Positions 49,849 to 62,841 of a stretch of DNA of 64,000 nt are shown here, one piece after another. This DNA comes from Felis catus (taxonomy: Eukaryota): assembly GCF_018350175.1 (NCBI RefSeq), contig NC_058368.1, positions 120,344,001 through 120,408,000 of the forward strand, written 5' to 3'. Under the pieces are notes generated by a model. It was not told where the DNA came from. It saw nothing but the letters and a program-made list of their open reading frames with translations, and searched no databases. The position numbers and the translations under genes are program-made. Position 1 is the stretch's first letter. Every line of letters starts with the position of its first letter.

Positions 49849-52599
49849 AGAAGTTAATTTAATTTAATTTTATCTTAATTTATTTTTATTTTATTTATTT
49901 CAGTTTATTTTTGTTAGTAAGAAGCCACAAAGGTTTTATTATATTTATTATTATTGTTTTTTATTGCAGTATTGTTGACATACAATTTTATACTAGTTTC
50001 AGGTGTCCAGACGTAGTGATTTGACAACTATATATGTTATGAAATGCTCACCACAGTAAGTGTAGTTGCCAAAGTTATTACACTATTATTGGCTATATTC
50101 CTTATGCTATACTTTTAGAACCATGACTCCATTGTATAGCCGGAGGTTTATACCTCTCAATCCCTTTCACTTCTTTTGCTCATCCCCCACCCCCCTCCTT
50201 CTGGCAACCACCAGTTTGTTCCATATGAGTCTGTTTCTGTTTCTGTTGTTTGTTCATTTGTTTTGTTTTTTAGATTTCACATGTAAGTGAAATCTTATGG
50301 TATTTTTTTCTCTGTCTTATTTATTTCACTAAGCACAACACCCTCTACTTCTACCCACATTGTACCAAAGGGCAAGATTTCATTCTTTTTTATGACTGAT
50401 TAATACTTGATTGTACGTGCATGTGTGTGTGTGTACCATATCTTTTTTATCCATTCATCTGTTGAATCTTGGATATTATAAATAATACCATTTGTTTCTT
50501 AATTTATCTTTCTGCTACTTTGTCGCTAGTGTATAGAAACAACATATTTCTGTATATTTATTTTGAAATATAAATATATTGCAGAATATTTATTCTGCAC
50601 CTTTATTGAATTCATTTGTTAATTCTAGTATTTAGGACTTTCTATGTATAGTTTCATGTCATCTGCAAATAGTGACAATTTTATTTCTTTCTTACTAATT
50701 TGGATGCTTTCTATTTCTTTTTCTTGTCTGGTTGCTGTATCTAGGATGTTCAGTTGAATAAAAGTGGACATTCTTGTCTTGTTACTGATCTTAGAAGAAA
50801 AGCTAGCTTTTCATCATTGAGTGTGATGTAGGCTGTGGGTTTGACATATATGACCTATGTTATGTTAGGTATGTCTCTTTTAAACATACTGAAAATTATT
50901 ACCATGCTAAATGCTAAATTTTGTAAAAACATCTACTGAGATGATCATAGGCTATATATCTTTTATTTTTTATTGTGGTGTATTATTTTGATTGATTTTC
51001 AGATTTTGAAACATTTTTGCATTCCTGGAATCAATCCCCATATAATGGTGATAAATGATCCTTTTGAAGTATTGATGAAATTGATTTGCTAGTATTTCAT
51101 GGAGAATTCTTGCATCTATGTTTTTCAGGGACATTGACCTGCAGTTGTATTTTTTTTAATTTTTATTTTATTTTTTATTTTTTGGTAATGCCTTGTCTGG
51201 TTTTGGAATTAGGGTAATGCTGGCCTTGAAGAAACATTTTGTAAGAATGTCTTCCCCTTAATGGAATAATGATAGGTAGAAATTCATTAGATGTTTTAGG
51301 ATTCAGTAGTAAAGCCATCTGTTCCTGGACTTCTGTACGTTGAAAGTTTTTTGATTAACCAGATTCAATTTGTAGCAGTAATTGAATTGATCAGTTCAAA
51401 TTTTCTATTTCTTCCTAATCATTCTTGGAAGATTGTTTGTTTCTAAGTATTTATCCATTTCTTCTATATTGTCTAAGTTTGGGCTTATAAATTTTCATAG
51501 TGTCCCCTTATAATCCTTTGTATTTATTTGGTGTCAGTTATAACTTATCTTTTATTTCTGAGTTTATTTATTTTAAACCTCTTTCTTTTTCTTGATGAAT
51601 CTTGATAAAGCTTTATCAATTTTTTTTATCTTTTCATAGAACCAGCTTTTAGTTTCATTGATCTTTTCTATTTTTTGTCTGTATTTATTTCCAGTCTGAT
51701 TTTTCTTATTTTCCTCTTTCTACTCACTTTGCACTTCTTTTTCTACTTCCTTTCGATGTAAGGTTAAATTAAGATTTTTCTTGTTTGTTAATGTAGAAAT
51801 GTATTGTTATAAACTTCCCTCTTAGAACAGCTTTCACTGTGTCCCAAAGATTGTGAACCACTGTGTTTCCATTTCCATTGACTCCAATTATTTTTAGATT
51901 TTCTCTTTGATTTTTTTTTTGTTCCATCGATGATATAGTAGCATGTTATTTTAGATTTTCTGCTTTCATATTGTGGTTAGACAAAATGCTTGATATGATT
52001 TCAAAATTCTTAAATTTATTAGCCTTGTTTGTGACCTAACATGTGATCTGTCTTGAAGAATGTTCCAGGTGCACTTGAAAAGTTACATATTGTGCTGTTT
52101 GGGGATGGAATGTTCTCTATATATCTGTTTAATCCATCTGATCTAATGTGTCATTCATTCAAACCCAGTTTTTTCACTGACTTTCTTTCTTGATGATCTA
52201 TGTATTAATGTAAGTGAAGTGTTCAAGTCCCATTCTATTACTGTATTAATGTCAATTTATCTCTTTGTGTTTGTTAATATTTGCTTTATGCATTTCAGTG
52301 CTCCTATGTTGGGTTCATAGATATTTACAATTATTGTATCCTCTTATTGGATGGATCCCTTTATCATTATGTAATGTTCTTCGTCTCTTGTTACAGTTTT
52401 TGTTTTAAAGTCTAGTTTGTCTCATAAACATCTTGCTCCCCCAGCATTGTTTCCTGCTTCCATTTGCATTGAATTTCTTCTTCCAGTCCTTCACTTTCAG
52501 CCTATATGTGTCTTTGTGTCTGCAGTGAGTCTAGTGCAAAAAGCATATAGATGGGTCTCTTTTTTTTTTTTTATCCATTCAGTCACCCTGTGCCGTTTT

Positions 52600-53121
52600 T
52601 TAATGTATTTTTAAATTTTTTAATTCAAATATAATTATCATACAGTGTTATATGGTCCCAGTTGTACACTGTAATTATGCAACAATATTCCATACACTTG
52701 TCAGTGCTCATCAAGTGTACTTTTTTATTTTATTTTTTTATTAACTTGTTTTATTTTTTATTTTTTAAATTTACATCCAAATTAGTCAGCATATAGTACA
52801 GCAATGATTTCAAGAGTAGATTCCTTAGTGCCCCTTACCCATTTATCCCATCCCCCTTTCCACAACCCCTCCCATAACTCTCAGTTTGTTCTCCATATGT
52901 ATGAGTCTCTTCTGTTTTGTCCCCCTCCCTGTTTTTATATTATTTTTGTTTCCCTTCCCTTATGTTCATCTGTTTTGTCTCTTGAAGTTCTCATATGAGT
53001 GGAGTCATATAATTTTTGTCTTTCTCTGACTAATTTCACTTAGCATAATGCCCTCCAGTTCCATCCACATAGTTGCAAATGGCAAGATTTCATTCTTTTT
53101 GATTGCCGAGTAATACTCCAT

Positions 53122-53158
<37 letters not shown>

Positions 53159-54340
53159 ACGTGTGTACATACCACATCTTTATCCATTCATCCATCTATG
53201 GACATTTGGACTCTTTCTATCCTTTGGCTATTGTTGATAGTGCTGCTTTAAACATGGGGGTGCATGTGTCCCTTCATAACAGCACACCTGTATCCCTTGA
53301 TAAATTCCTAGTAGTGTAATTGCTGGGTCATAGGATAAGTTCTATTTTTAGTTTTTTTAGGAACCTCCATACTGTTTTCCAGAGGGGCTGCACCAGATTG
53401 CATTCCCACCAGCAATGCAAAAGAGATCCTCTTTCTCTGCATCCTCGCCAACATCTGTTGTTGCCTGAGTTGTTAATGTTAGCCATTCTGACAGGTGTCA
53501 GGTGGTATCTCATTGTGGTTTTGATTTGTATTTCCCTGATGATGAGTGATGTTGAACATTTTCTCATGTGTCATTTGGCCATCTGGATGTCTTATTTAAT
53601 CTTTGACAAAGTAGGAAAGAATATCCAATGGAATCAAGACAGTCTCTTCAGCAAGTGGTGCTGGGAAAACTGGATAGCGACATGCAGAAGAATGAACCTG
53701 GACCATTTTCTTACACCATACACAAAAATAAACTCAAAATGGATGAAAGACCTCAATGTAAGACAGGAAGGCATCAAAATCTTCAAGGAGAAAGCAGGCA
53801 AAAACCTCTTTGATCTTGGCTGCAGCAACTTCTTACTCAACACGTCTCCAGAGGAAAGGGAAACAAAAGCAAAAATGAACTACTGGGTCCTCATCAAAAT
53901 GAAAAGCTTCTGCACAGTGAAGAAAACAATCAGCAAAACTAAAAGGCAACTGACAAATGGGAGAAGAATGGGAGAAGGCAAATGACATATGGGATAAAAG
54001 GTTTGTATCCAAAATCTATAAAGAACTTATCAAACTCAACATCCAAAACACAAAGAATCCATTGAAGAAATGGGCAAAAGACATGAATAGACACTTCTCC
54101 AAAGAAGATAAGTGTATCCTTAATCCTCTTTATCTATTTCATCCATCCCCCTACCCAAATCCTCTCTGGCAACCATCAGTTTGTTTTCTGTATTTTTGAG
54201 GGCATTTTTTTTGTTTGTTTGTTTGTTTGTCTCTTTTTTTCTTTGTTTTATTTCTTAAATTCCACAGATGAGTAATATTATATGGTATTTGTCTTTCTCT
54301 GACAGATTTACTTCACTTATCATTACACCCTCTAGGTTCA
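52600..54340 (-). mobile_element. Carnivore L1 3'-end fragment nested in the outer L1 and itself interrupted
   Basis: Left part ...cagtgctcatcaagtgta; right part aagtgtatccttaatcc...ctctggcaaccatcagtttg...tctaggttca. Confidence 0.8.
52721..54109 (-). mobile_element. LINE-1 with 5' inversion: 52721-53593 minus, 53594-54109 plus
   Basis: Minus part ends catctggatgtctt; plus part ends cacttctccaaagaagat, the adjoining L1 sequence; flanked by aagtgta repeats. Confidence 0.92.
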
Positions 54341-54404
54341 GCCAGAGAGAATTTGGACCATTTGCATTTCTTTATTTAGTTAGTTAGCTAGCTAGCTAGT
54401 TATT

Positions 54405-54633
54405 ATTTTTTAATGTTTATTTATTTTTTGAGAAAGAAGGAGACAGAGCATGAGCAAGAGAGGGAAGGAGAGAGAGGGAGATACAGAATCCAAAGCAGGC
54501 TCCAGGCTCTGAGCTGTCAGCACAGAGCCTGATGCGGGGCTCAAACTCATGAGCTGCAATATCATGACCTGAATATCATACAATATCATGAGCTGAAGTT
54601 TGACGCCTAACTGACTGGCCACCCAGGCTCCCC
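54405..54633 (-). mobile_element. Felid Can-SINE with internal duplication
   Basis: Reverse copy; aatatcat repeated three times at 54558-54589; preceded by (TTAG/CTAG)n. Confidence 0.95.
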
Positions 54634-55841
54634 CATTCACCTTTTAGCTCACTGATCCATTCTGTATGATCTAATCTGCTGTTGAATCCCTCTAGATTAT
54701 TTTTCAATTTAGTTATTGTATTTTTCAACTCTGTTTTTTTTTTTTTTTTAGTATTTGCTCTTTTTTGTTGCAATTCTCACTGAATTCACCCATTCACCCA
54801 CTTTTCCTTCAAGTCTGCTGAGAGTGTTTACAACCATAACTTTGAACTATTTATTGAGTAGATTGCTTATCTCTGTTTCAATTAGTGTTTTGGGTTTTAT
54901 GGTTTTTGTTTCCTTTTTTCCTGAGTTTTGTTTTGTTCTTTGATTTGGAAGTTTATTCCTCTGTGTCCTCATTTTGTTTGATTTTATGTGTTTATTTTTA
55001 TGGCTTAAAGGAGACAACTACCTCTCCTAGTCTTGAAGGAGAGGATTTGTGTAGGAATGCCCCCTGTGTAGATCGTATGTGCCTGGAAACTTGTAGTGGA
55101 TGTGGGCTGAGGTGTCCCAGGACACCACGTGTAACTGAAGCAAGTATGACTGGGATAGTCTGTGCAGTAGGCACCCTGGCAGGACATCTGGAGCTAAAGC
55201 AGGTGTGGCTGGTGGATCCCAGCCCCCCGCCCCCAATGCTGGACACTCCCAGTGGGGCAACTGGAGCTATGGCAGGTGTTCCACATAGGTGGTGCCTTGG
55301 TGGGACAGCTGGATACGAAGTGGGTTTGGACTACTGTGTCCTGTAGAGCTGTGCACTTAGGCTTTCCTTGTGGGACATCTGTATCTTAGGTGTGTTTGAC
55401 CTGGGGAACTTAACACAGGGGGTGCCTCTCTAGTACATCTGGAGCTGAAGTAGGTGCATGCCAGGTATGTTCCGGGTACTTATGCCCACATCACTTAGAA
55501 AAAAATGCCTAGAACAGTTGTGGGTACATTTTGGGGGTTTCCCAAGATGTATTACCAGGGCAGCATTGGTAGGATGGATGGAGCTTGCATGGGCATGGAT
55601 AGGGGGCCACCTTGTGAGGATAGCTGAAGCTGGTGAGGGCTAGAGGACCAGAGTTTGCTGAGATGCAAGCCAGGTGGAGCACCTGAGCCCTGTTCCTATG
55701 TGTGCTGTCAAGTTGGGAGAAGGGCATAAAAATGGTGTTCACCAGTACCTACCACCCCAGAGAGAGTTTCAGAAGTGCCTTCACTGGTGGATGTTCTAGG
55801 TTTAGTAAATGGGTTTCCTTCACTTAGAGTCTAGATGTCCT

Positions 55842-55842
<1 letters not shown>

Positions 55843-55885
<43 letters not shown>

Positions 55886-55906
55886 ATATATATATATATA
55901 TATATA
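55843..55906. repeat. (TAAA)n followed by (TA)n
   Basis: Seen directly. Confidence 0.95.
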
Positions 55907-55909
55907 TGT

Positions 55910-57470
55910 TTATTAAGTTTATATATTATTATTAACTTTATTATTGAAGTATAGTTAACATATAGTATTATATTAGTTTCAGATGTACAACATGATTTAA
56001 CAATTCTGTATAATACTCAGTCTTCACTATGATAAATGTGTTTACTATCTGTCACTATAAAGCATTATAAGAATATTATTGGCTATATTCCCTATGCTGT
56101 ACTTTTCATCCACTTATTTCATAACTAGAAGTTTATACCTCTTCATCCCTTTACCTATTTTGCCTATCCTCCAACCTCCTTTCCCTCTGGCAACCACCAG
56201 TTGCTTCTCTGTATTTACATGTTGTTTCTTTTTGTTTGTGGGTTGGTTGCTTTTGATTTCTAGATTCCATATATAAGTGAAATCATCTGATATTTGAATT
56301 TGTCTGATTTATTTCACTTAACATAATACCTTTAGGTCCATCATGTTGTCACAAATGACAAGATCTCATTTTTTCATAGTTGATTAATATTGTATGTACC
56401 ACATCTTTTTTACCCACTTATCTCTCGATGGACACTTGAGTTGCTTCCATAATTTGGCTATTGTAAATAATGCTGCAGTAAACATAGGGGTACCTTTATC
56501 TTCTCAAATTAGACTTTCCATTTTCCTTAAGTAAATACCCATAGTGGATTAAATGATATTTCTATTTATTTTTTGAGGAACTTCCATCCTGTTTTTCATA
56601 GTGGCTGCACCAATTTACATTCTTACCAATGGTGCATGAGGGTTCCCTTTTCTCCACATCCTCATCGACATTTGTTATTTTTTGTCTTTTTGATAGTAGC
56701 CATTCTAAATGGTAGGAAGTGACATCTCATTATAGTTCTGATCTGCATTTCCTTGATGACTAGTGGTATCAAACATCTTTTCATGTGTCTGTAGGCCATT
56801 GTGTATCTTCTTTGGAAAAATGTCCAGGTCCACTGCTCATTTTTAATTGGATTATTTGGGGAGTTTTCAGTGTTGAGTTTTGTTGAGTCCTCTATATGTT
56901 TTGGATATTAACCACTTATCATATATGTCATTTGCAAATAATTGCTCCCATTCAATATGCTCCCTTATTTGTTTGTTTGTTTATGGTACCTTTGCTGTAC
57001 AAAAGCTTTTTATTCTGATGTAGTCCCAGTTATTTATTTTTGTATTTATTTATCTTTACTGGAGAGACATACCCATAAATACATTGCCAAGGGCAATATC
57101 CAAGAGATCATTGTCTATGTTTTCCTTTAGGAGTTTTATGATTTCTGGTCTCACATTTACTTCTTTACTCCATTTTGAGTTTATTTTTGTATGTGATGTA
57201 AGAATATGGTCCATTTTCATTCTTTTGCATGGAGCTCTCTGGTTTTCCCAGTATCATTTATTGAAAAGACTGTCTTTTCCCTATTGTATACTCCTGCCTC
57301 CTTTGTCATATATTAATTGATTATATAAGCATGGGTTTATTTCTGAGACCCCAAATTTATTCTCTTAATCTATGTGCCTGTGTTTGTGCCAATACAGTAT
57401 TGTTTAGATGACGATAGCTTTTAGTATTTTTTAAGATTTGGAATTGTTATACCACCATCTTTGTTCTTCT
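55910..57470 (-). mobile_element. Carnivore-age L1, 5'-truncated, nested in the outer L1 5' region
   Basis: tttcagatgtacaacatgatt...ctggcaaccaccag...agtggctgcaccaatttacattc...ccattttgagtttatttttgt...ttattgaaaagactgtc. Confidence 0.9.
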
Positions 57471-57814
57471 CTAATTGCCCATGAAATCAATGGGTCTTTT
57501 GTTTTTGTTTGGTTTTGTTTGATTTTTACTTTTTTGTTCTGCCCCAAGTGGGCTAAATCTCTCTGGGGATCCGCAGTGATATCCCTCCTTACTATAATTT
57601 GTAACATTGGAGTGGGGTTTCCATCGTTGCTGTCCCTCCATCTCTCCTGCCAATCTCTGTGTCGCTCTTCTATCCTTGGCTTTTCTGTGTAGAAGCTGTT
57701 CAATCAGCACTCAGTTCTTCCATTAGAACTGCTCCATGTGCAGGTATAGATTTTGTACGTCCATGGGAAGAGGTGAGTTTAGGTCGTTCTGCACTCCTTC
57801 TTGGACCCCTCCTC

Positions 57815-58175
57815 TGGAAATACAATTTTAGACATATAAGGCTTGAGATATCTAATAGGCACATAATAGAGAAGTCAAGTAGCAACTGGTTATGCTAGTC
57901 TAGAGTTCTCAGTCAAAAATACTATAAACTTAGGAATCTTTAATATGTCATTGGTGTTTAAAGTCCTGAGACTGGATTCCTAAGAAATATGTAGCACAAA
58001 AAGATTCAAGAATGGATCCTGGAGTCATAGTTCTGGGAGATAAGGAGAAATACCCAAGAAGCCTCAGAAAGTTTGCTGAAAAAGATAGAAATAAGCAGGA
58101 AAGTGTGTTACCCCTGAGTCCACATGAAGATACTGGTGATTCTTTTTCATAAATGCTGTTTATAAGTCAAGTGAT
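57815..58175 (-). mobile_element. L2 fragment
   Basis: ttttagacat...ttgagatatct...gtcaagtagcaactgg...gagactggat. Confidence 0.65.
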
Positions 58176-58216
58176 AGGAGCAGTATTTGTAGACTCAAGG
58201 TATGATTCTTCTCTAA

Positions 58217-58419
58217 CAGTATTTCTCTACCAAGCTACAACTGATATTTTGGACCAGATAACTCTTTTGTTGTTCGGGTGTATCCTGTGATTTTCAGGAT
58301 GTTTGGCAGCATCCCTGGTCACTATGCATTAGATGCTCCCAGTTGTGACAACCAAAAATGTCTGCAGACATTGCTTGTTTATTTTTCCTGAACATATTGG
58401 CCCCAGTTGAAAACCAATG
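58217..58419. mobile_element. MER20 hAT-Charlie MITE
   Basis: ttttggaccagataa...aggatgtttggcagcatccctgg...cccagttgtgacaaccaaaaatgtctgcagacattgc...cccagttgaaaacca. Confidence 0.9.
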
Positions 58420-59060
58420 TTGTACATCAGATGTTCTAACTTAACTTATTCTCATTTATTAGCCCTTGCCAAGTTGAAATTCTAGCAGGCTGCAGAAGAA
58501 AATCTTGGGGTTAAGGCAGAGATGATCCTCTATCAGGAACATTACAAACCATCAAGAGAAAGCCAACAGCCTTTACTCTAGACAGAAGACCAGACCATTC
58601 ATTTCATGGCTGAATTGCCTTTCAATGATAGCTTGATTAGCATCATTTTCTACCAGGGCATCTTGGAAGCACTTCTCACAGTCACTAACTCTAGCAACCT
58701 TCAGGGTAAAATGGAAATCCTCTGGCTTGACTTTGTCGTGCAGTTGTCTAGACTCCGAAGTGCCTAATTAACTTTGTTTTCTTGGCGTCTTTGTGCCTGG
58801 AGGACCAGAAACAGAAGCAGTTCTGCACGCTAAAGAAGGAATTTTCTAGTGAAGTAATTAGAGCTACTGTTTTCATACCAATGACCACTGAGGTACAAAA
58901 AAACTGAGGACACAGAAGCTCTTAAGTCTTGTTTTCAACCTGTTTCTGAAAAGAATAACATGGAAAATGAAAAGAGGAGCAGATATATAAATAAGGTGGG
59001 AGGTACCACACAGCTAGAAATCAGAGAAAAGGTCTCACATGCATAGAATAAAATGAATAC

Positions 59061-59099
<39 letters not shown>
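59061..59099. repeat. (GAT)13 microsatellite
   Basis: Seen directly. Confidence 0.97.
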
Positions 59100-59104
59100 A
59101 ATTA

Positions 59105-60450
59105 TATCACATTTACTCAATAAATTCATATTGAGTACTTCCTTGAGTAGTTCTTCTAGCTTTGTTCCTCATGTTTGCGAATATAGTAGTATATAAGATA
59201 GAAAAATAAATGCCACCCTCAGGATGCTTTTATTCTAATAGAAGAGTCAACAAATAAGGTAATTTATTGCCTTAGTCTATTTGGGTTGCTTTAACAGAAT
59301 ACCATAAACTAAGTGGCTCATAAACAACAGAAAATTTTTTTTGCTCACAGTTCTGGAGGAGGGCAAGTCCAGAATCAAACCACTGGTAGATCCTTTGTCG
59401 GGTGAGAATCTGCTACCTGGTTCCTAGATGGGTGTCTTTTCACTGTGTCCTCTCATGGCAAAAGGGCTGAGGGGTTTCTGTGAACTCTATTTTATAAGAG
59501 CACTAATCCCATTCATGAGGGCTCTGTCCTCTTCACCTTTGTGCCTTTCAAAAGCCCCACTTCCTAATACCATCACATTGGATATTAGGTTTCAATATAT
59601 TAATTTTGAGGTGACAAAATATTCAGACTAGAACAGTTATAGAGTTATAATGCTAAGTGGAAACATCAGTCAGCAAAGAAAAATATGAAATATTGAAGGA
59701 GTTGATATTCTAGTGAGGATTAACAATTAAAGGGCTAGAAAATAGCATTCTAGGCAGAGGGAATAACAAGTTCACATGTAAGCATGCCTGGTGTGTTGCA
59801 GGAACAGCAGGAAAAGCAGTGTAGCTCAAGAAAAAAAATGGACAAAAGGCCATAGAACATGAGATAAGGTCCAGAAAGTTAATGGGAGGCCAGATAATAT
59901 AAAGCTTGTAGTTCTTGGTACTTCATAGTATGAACATCAGCTTTTATGCTGAGTGAGATGGGAAGCCAACAAGAAGTGGTAAGCCGAGCAGTGACCTGAT
60001 TAGATTTATATTTTAACAAGATAATTCTAACAGCTGTATTGAGAATAGATGCCCAAGGAAAGAGCAGGAGCAGAGACGAGTTGGGACCAGTCCAGGAGAG
60101 ACATGATGGTGGCTTCAATCAGACTGACGGCAGTGGGGATGGTATGAAGTGGTCAGTTCTGTACATGTCTGAAGTTAGAACAAACATGTTCTGTTGCAGG
60201 AAAATACATAGGTTTGGATGAAAAAGTGTTAACATCAAGTGTTTGCTCTAAAAGACTAGAAAAATGGAAACCACTTAATGAATGAATGTGGAATTTTGCA
60301 AATGTGCTTTTGGAGAGAAGGTGAAAAATCAGACTGTGTTGGACGTGTAAAGGAAAGGGAAACTTTAAGTATGCAGTAAGATACATGGGTCTGAAGTTCA
60401 GTGGACAGATCTAAGCTGGAAATAAGATTTGTGAATCATCAATATATAAT
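59105..60450 (-). mobile_element. L2 interrupted by MLT1A
   Basis: catttactcaataaattcatattgagtact...agcattctaggcagagggaataacaag...gtccaggagagacatgatggtggctt. Confidence 0.75.
59268..59635 (-). mobile_element. MaLR solo LTR (MLT1A-like)
   Basis: tgccttagtctatttggg...gctcacagttctggag...cactaatcccattcatgagggct...cctaataccatcacattg. Confidence 0.9.
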
Positions 60451-60599
60451 GATGATGAGGAATAACATGATTTTCCTTCTTCACCTTTTGGCCTCTTTAG
60501 GTAGGCTCAAGCTACACTGTGTCAGGCAGTTGCCACAATAGCTAATAACCCAGGCTTCTTCCAGAATGTAAAACATATTACAGAAGAAAAGAAGCAGCT

Positions 60600-60830
60600 T
60601 CTCCAGCAAATTAATAGCAGTAGAAAAGGGAAAGGTCTGCATTATAAAGGGAAAGAGATGTAAAAGATATAATAATCAAATGCAACGCATGGGGGTTGTT
60701 TAGATACAGGATAGAGCAAATCAGCTGCTAAAAACCAGGCATTTTTGAGAACATTTTGGGGGGAGATTTTTGAAAGTGGACTGGATATTTGGTGATTTAT
60801 GGAATCATTACATATGCGATCAAACTTTGT
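60600..60830 (+). mobile_element. Old L1 (L1MC/ME-like) 3'UTR fragment
   Basis: aatcaaatgcaacgcatg...catttttgaga...tggactggatatttggtgat. Confidence 0.6.
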
Positions 60831-61467
60831 GTATTATATATATGTGTGTATTGCATATATGGTCCATTGTTCCATCCCACTTACACAGCAGAAATTCAGA
60901 GGACAAATTATCATTAAGAATTTCAAGACAATGACTGAGTAGCATTAAAATACAAGAGCAGGATGTGTCTGAACACGGGCCCCGTATGACTGTTCAGGTC
61001 TCAGCCCATAAAGCAGGTCCTACTCCCAGGTTCTGTACCTTGTTTCATCATGCCTGGCTTTCTGAGCCTTGGCCAGACCTCACTTTTCTCATTTATCATA
61101 TGGAGACTAAGCCCATCACTGACCCAGGCCCTGTAGTCAACAAGGGACATGTGGATTTAGCAGCTGAAATGATAAACTGACAGCATTGAAGGAGGAAGTT
61201 GTCAGCTAGCTTCAAACTTATAACCGTCACTGGACCACTCATTGTCTACAACCTGGTAAATTAATATTGAAAAAATTCCCATAATTGTAAATAATTTATC
61301 ACCCCAAGTCTCAATAGTGTTGAAGGTGTTAATTTGTTAAATATTAATATTTGTAATATGCCGGAGCTCTGTCTTTGCTTTCGGACTTCCCAAGCTTTTG
61401 TTATCTTACAAGAGGATCTGAAAGGAGAAATTCCCCTTAGCCTTCTTACCTGGGCAATGTTGGAAGC

Positions 61468-61720
61468 TGCCATTTACTGAGCACCTAGTATGTGTCAGTC
61501 ACAGAAGGTGCTCACTTCCACGGGCATTCTCTCACTCATCCCACAAATGGCTGTTTCAAATATTGTGATTCTGTTCTTCCTTTACTTCCAAGTTAGAGTC
61601 GCCAGATTTAGCACCCTATGGGATGAATGCATACTAAGTAGATACTGGACACTTACACTGAGACAGTTATTGTTTATCTAAAATTTGAATTTAACCGAGC
61701 ATCATTATCCAAGTACAGCA
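61468..61720 (-). mobile_element. MIR
   Basis: gccatttactgagcacctagtatgtgtcag... Confidence 0.6.
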
Positions 61721-62841
61721 CACACTGCATTTCCCAGGCGAGACTCAAGGCATTTTTCTTCCCACCGATTCATCCTTTCCATCAGGGCTTATTGCCCACT
61801 ATATAAAGATGTGTGGATATGTATGTACATGTGTGTATACCTAGAGAGAACAGAGAAATAGAGCATAACATCTCCCAATGTTTTACATGCCAGTCATGAC
61901 ACATAAGAATATCAGAACACTTTTCATTCTATTGAAATGGCTTCATTTTTTTCCAAATGATTGCATAGAGTCTACTGCTAGCATCAATTGTGTATCAAAA
62001 CCATCACCAAAATTGCTAGAAAGAAAAGTAATTTTCTCTCTTGCCTCTGCTAGCATCATTGTAAAGTAAGGTGGTGTAACTAACCAATGGAGCCGTTCAG
62101 CAACGTTCAATGAAGTTACGTTATTTGTTCTTGGAGCCTTTATGGAGAAAGGACCATATGAAAAATGCAAGAGGAAATAAATAAAAGAAGCAAAGTGTCT
62201 TTATCCCAGAAATGGACATCTGACATCTCCAGGAGCTTACTGTCCTGACAAAGCTCGTCTATGAAAAGAGCTGTAGTACCACAGACCATTTCAGAGGTGG
62301 AGAGAGGCTTAGGTCACCTCACTTATTTATGTAATCTTGTATGTTAAAAAAATGAAGAAATCCCAAAATAGTTTCAAAAATTACAATATGTTTTTAAATG
62401 TTTACATTTAACAGGTTAACCCTGAAAATTATAACTCCAAAGCATCCCCAATAAAAAATTCAGGATTTCTTTTTAAAACTTTAATTCATATTTTATTAAG
62501 AATTCTGCAGTGCTATAAAGTCACAAACACTCATCTGCACATAATTCTTGAAATGTCCAACTTGAACTCTAATGTGAAATGGTGAAATAGACTCCCATTC
62601 TCTCCTAGCACTTCAGTAAGTACCCTATTCCCGGGGGGAATGGGGAAAGCATGCTCTGGGTCATCAGGAGATTAGAGCAAAATGGGAGCAAGATGGCCTC
62701 CATGTGAGCCTGTTCATCCCCAGACCCTGGTGTGCTGGTGGCTACTATTTAGCCATCCTGAAACCGCATTCTATGAGCTTTGGTATAGGAAAATTCCTAC
62801 AGTCATCCTTAAAAATAAACAGATAATAACCATTTATCTTT

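Larger units (their letters stand above)
49950..57812 (-). mobile_element. Old near-full-length LINE-1 (internally deleted) with three nested L1s and a SINE
   Basis: 3'UTR ~49950-50480, ORF2 remnants ~50490-52600, ORF1-like ~54645-55000, 5' region ~55000-55840 and ~57490-57812 ending gtccatgggaagaggtgagtttagg...cttcttggacccc; flanking L2 resumes at ~57815. Confidence 0.8.

Noticed and set aside
53320..53985. 221-aa ORF as a host gene
   Set aside because: It is a chimera of antisense and sense L1 ORF2 across an inversion junction, and it has a non-ATG start.
54885..55346. 153-aa ORF in a GC-richer segment
   Set aside because: It lies in the L1 ORF1/5' region on the antisense strand and has no recognisable domain.
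55080..55640. Repeat-spacer pattern as a CRISPR-like array
   Set aside because: The repeats are highly degenerate and irregularly spaced, lie within an L1 in mammalian DNA, and no cas-like ORFs are present.
58935..59129. Poly-Ile ORF (and the poly-Gln ORF at 17487-17801)
   Set aside because: They are translations of the (GAT)13 and (CAA)n microsatellites.
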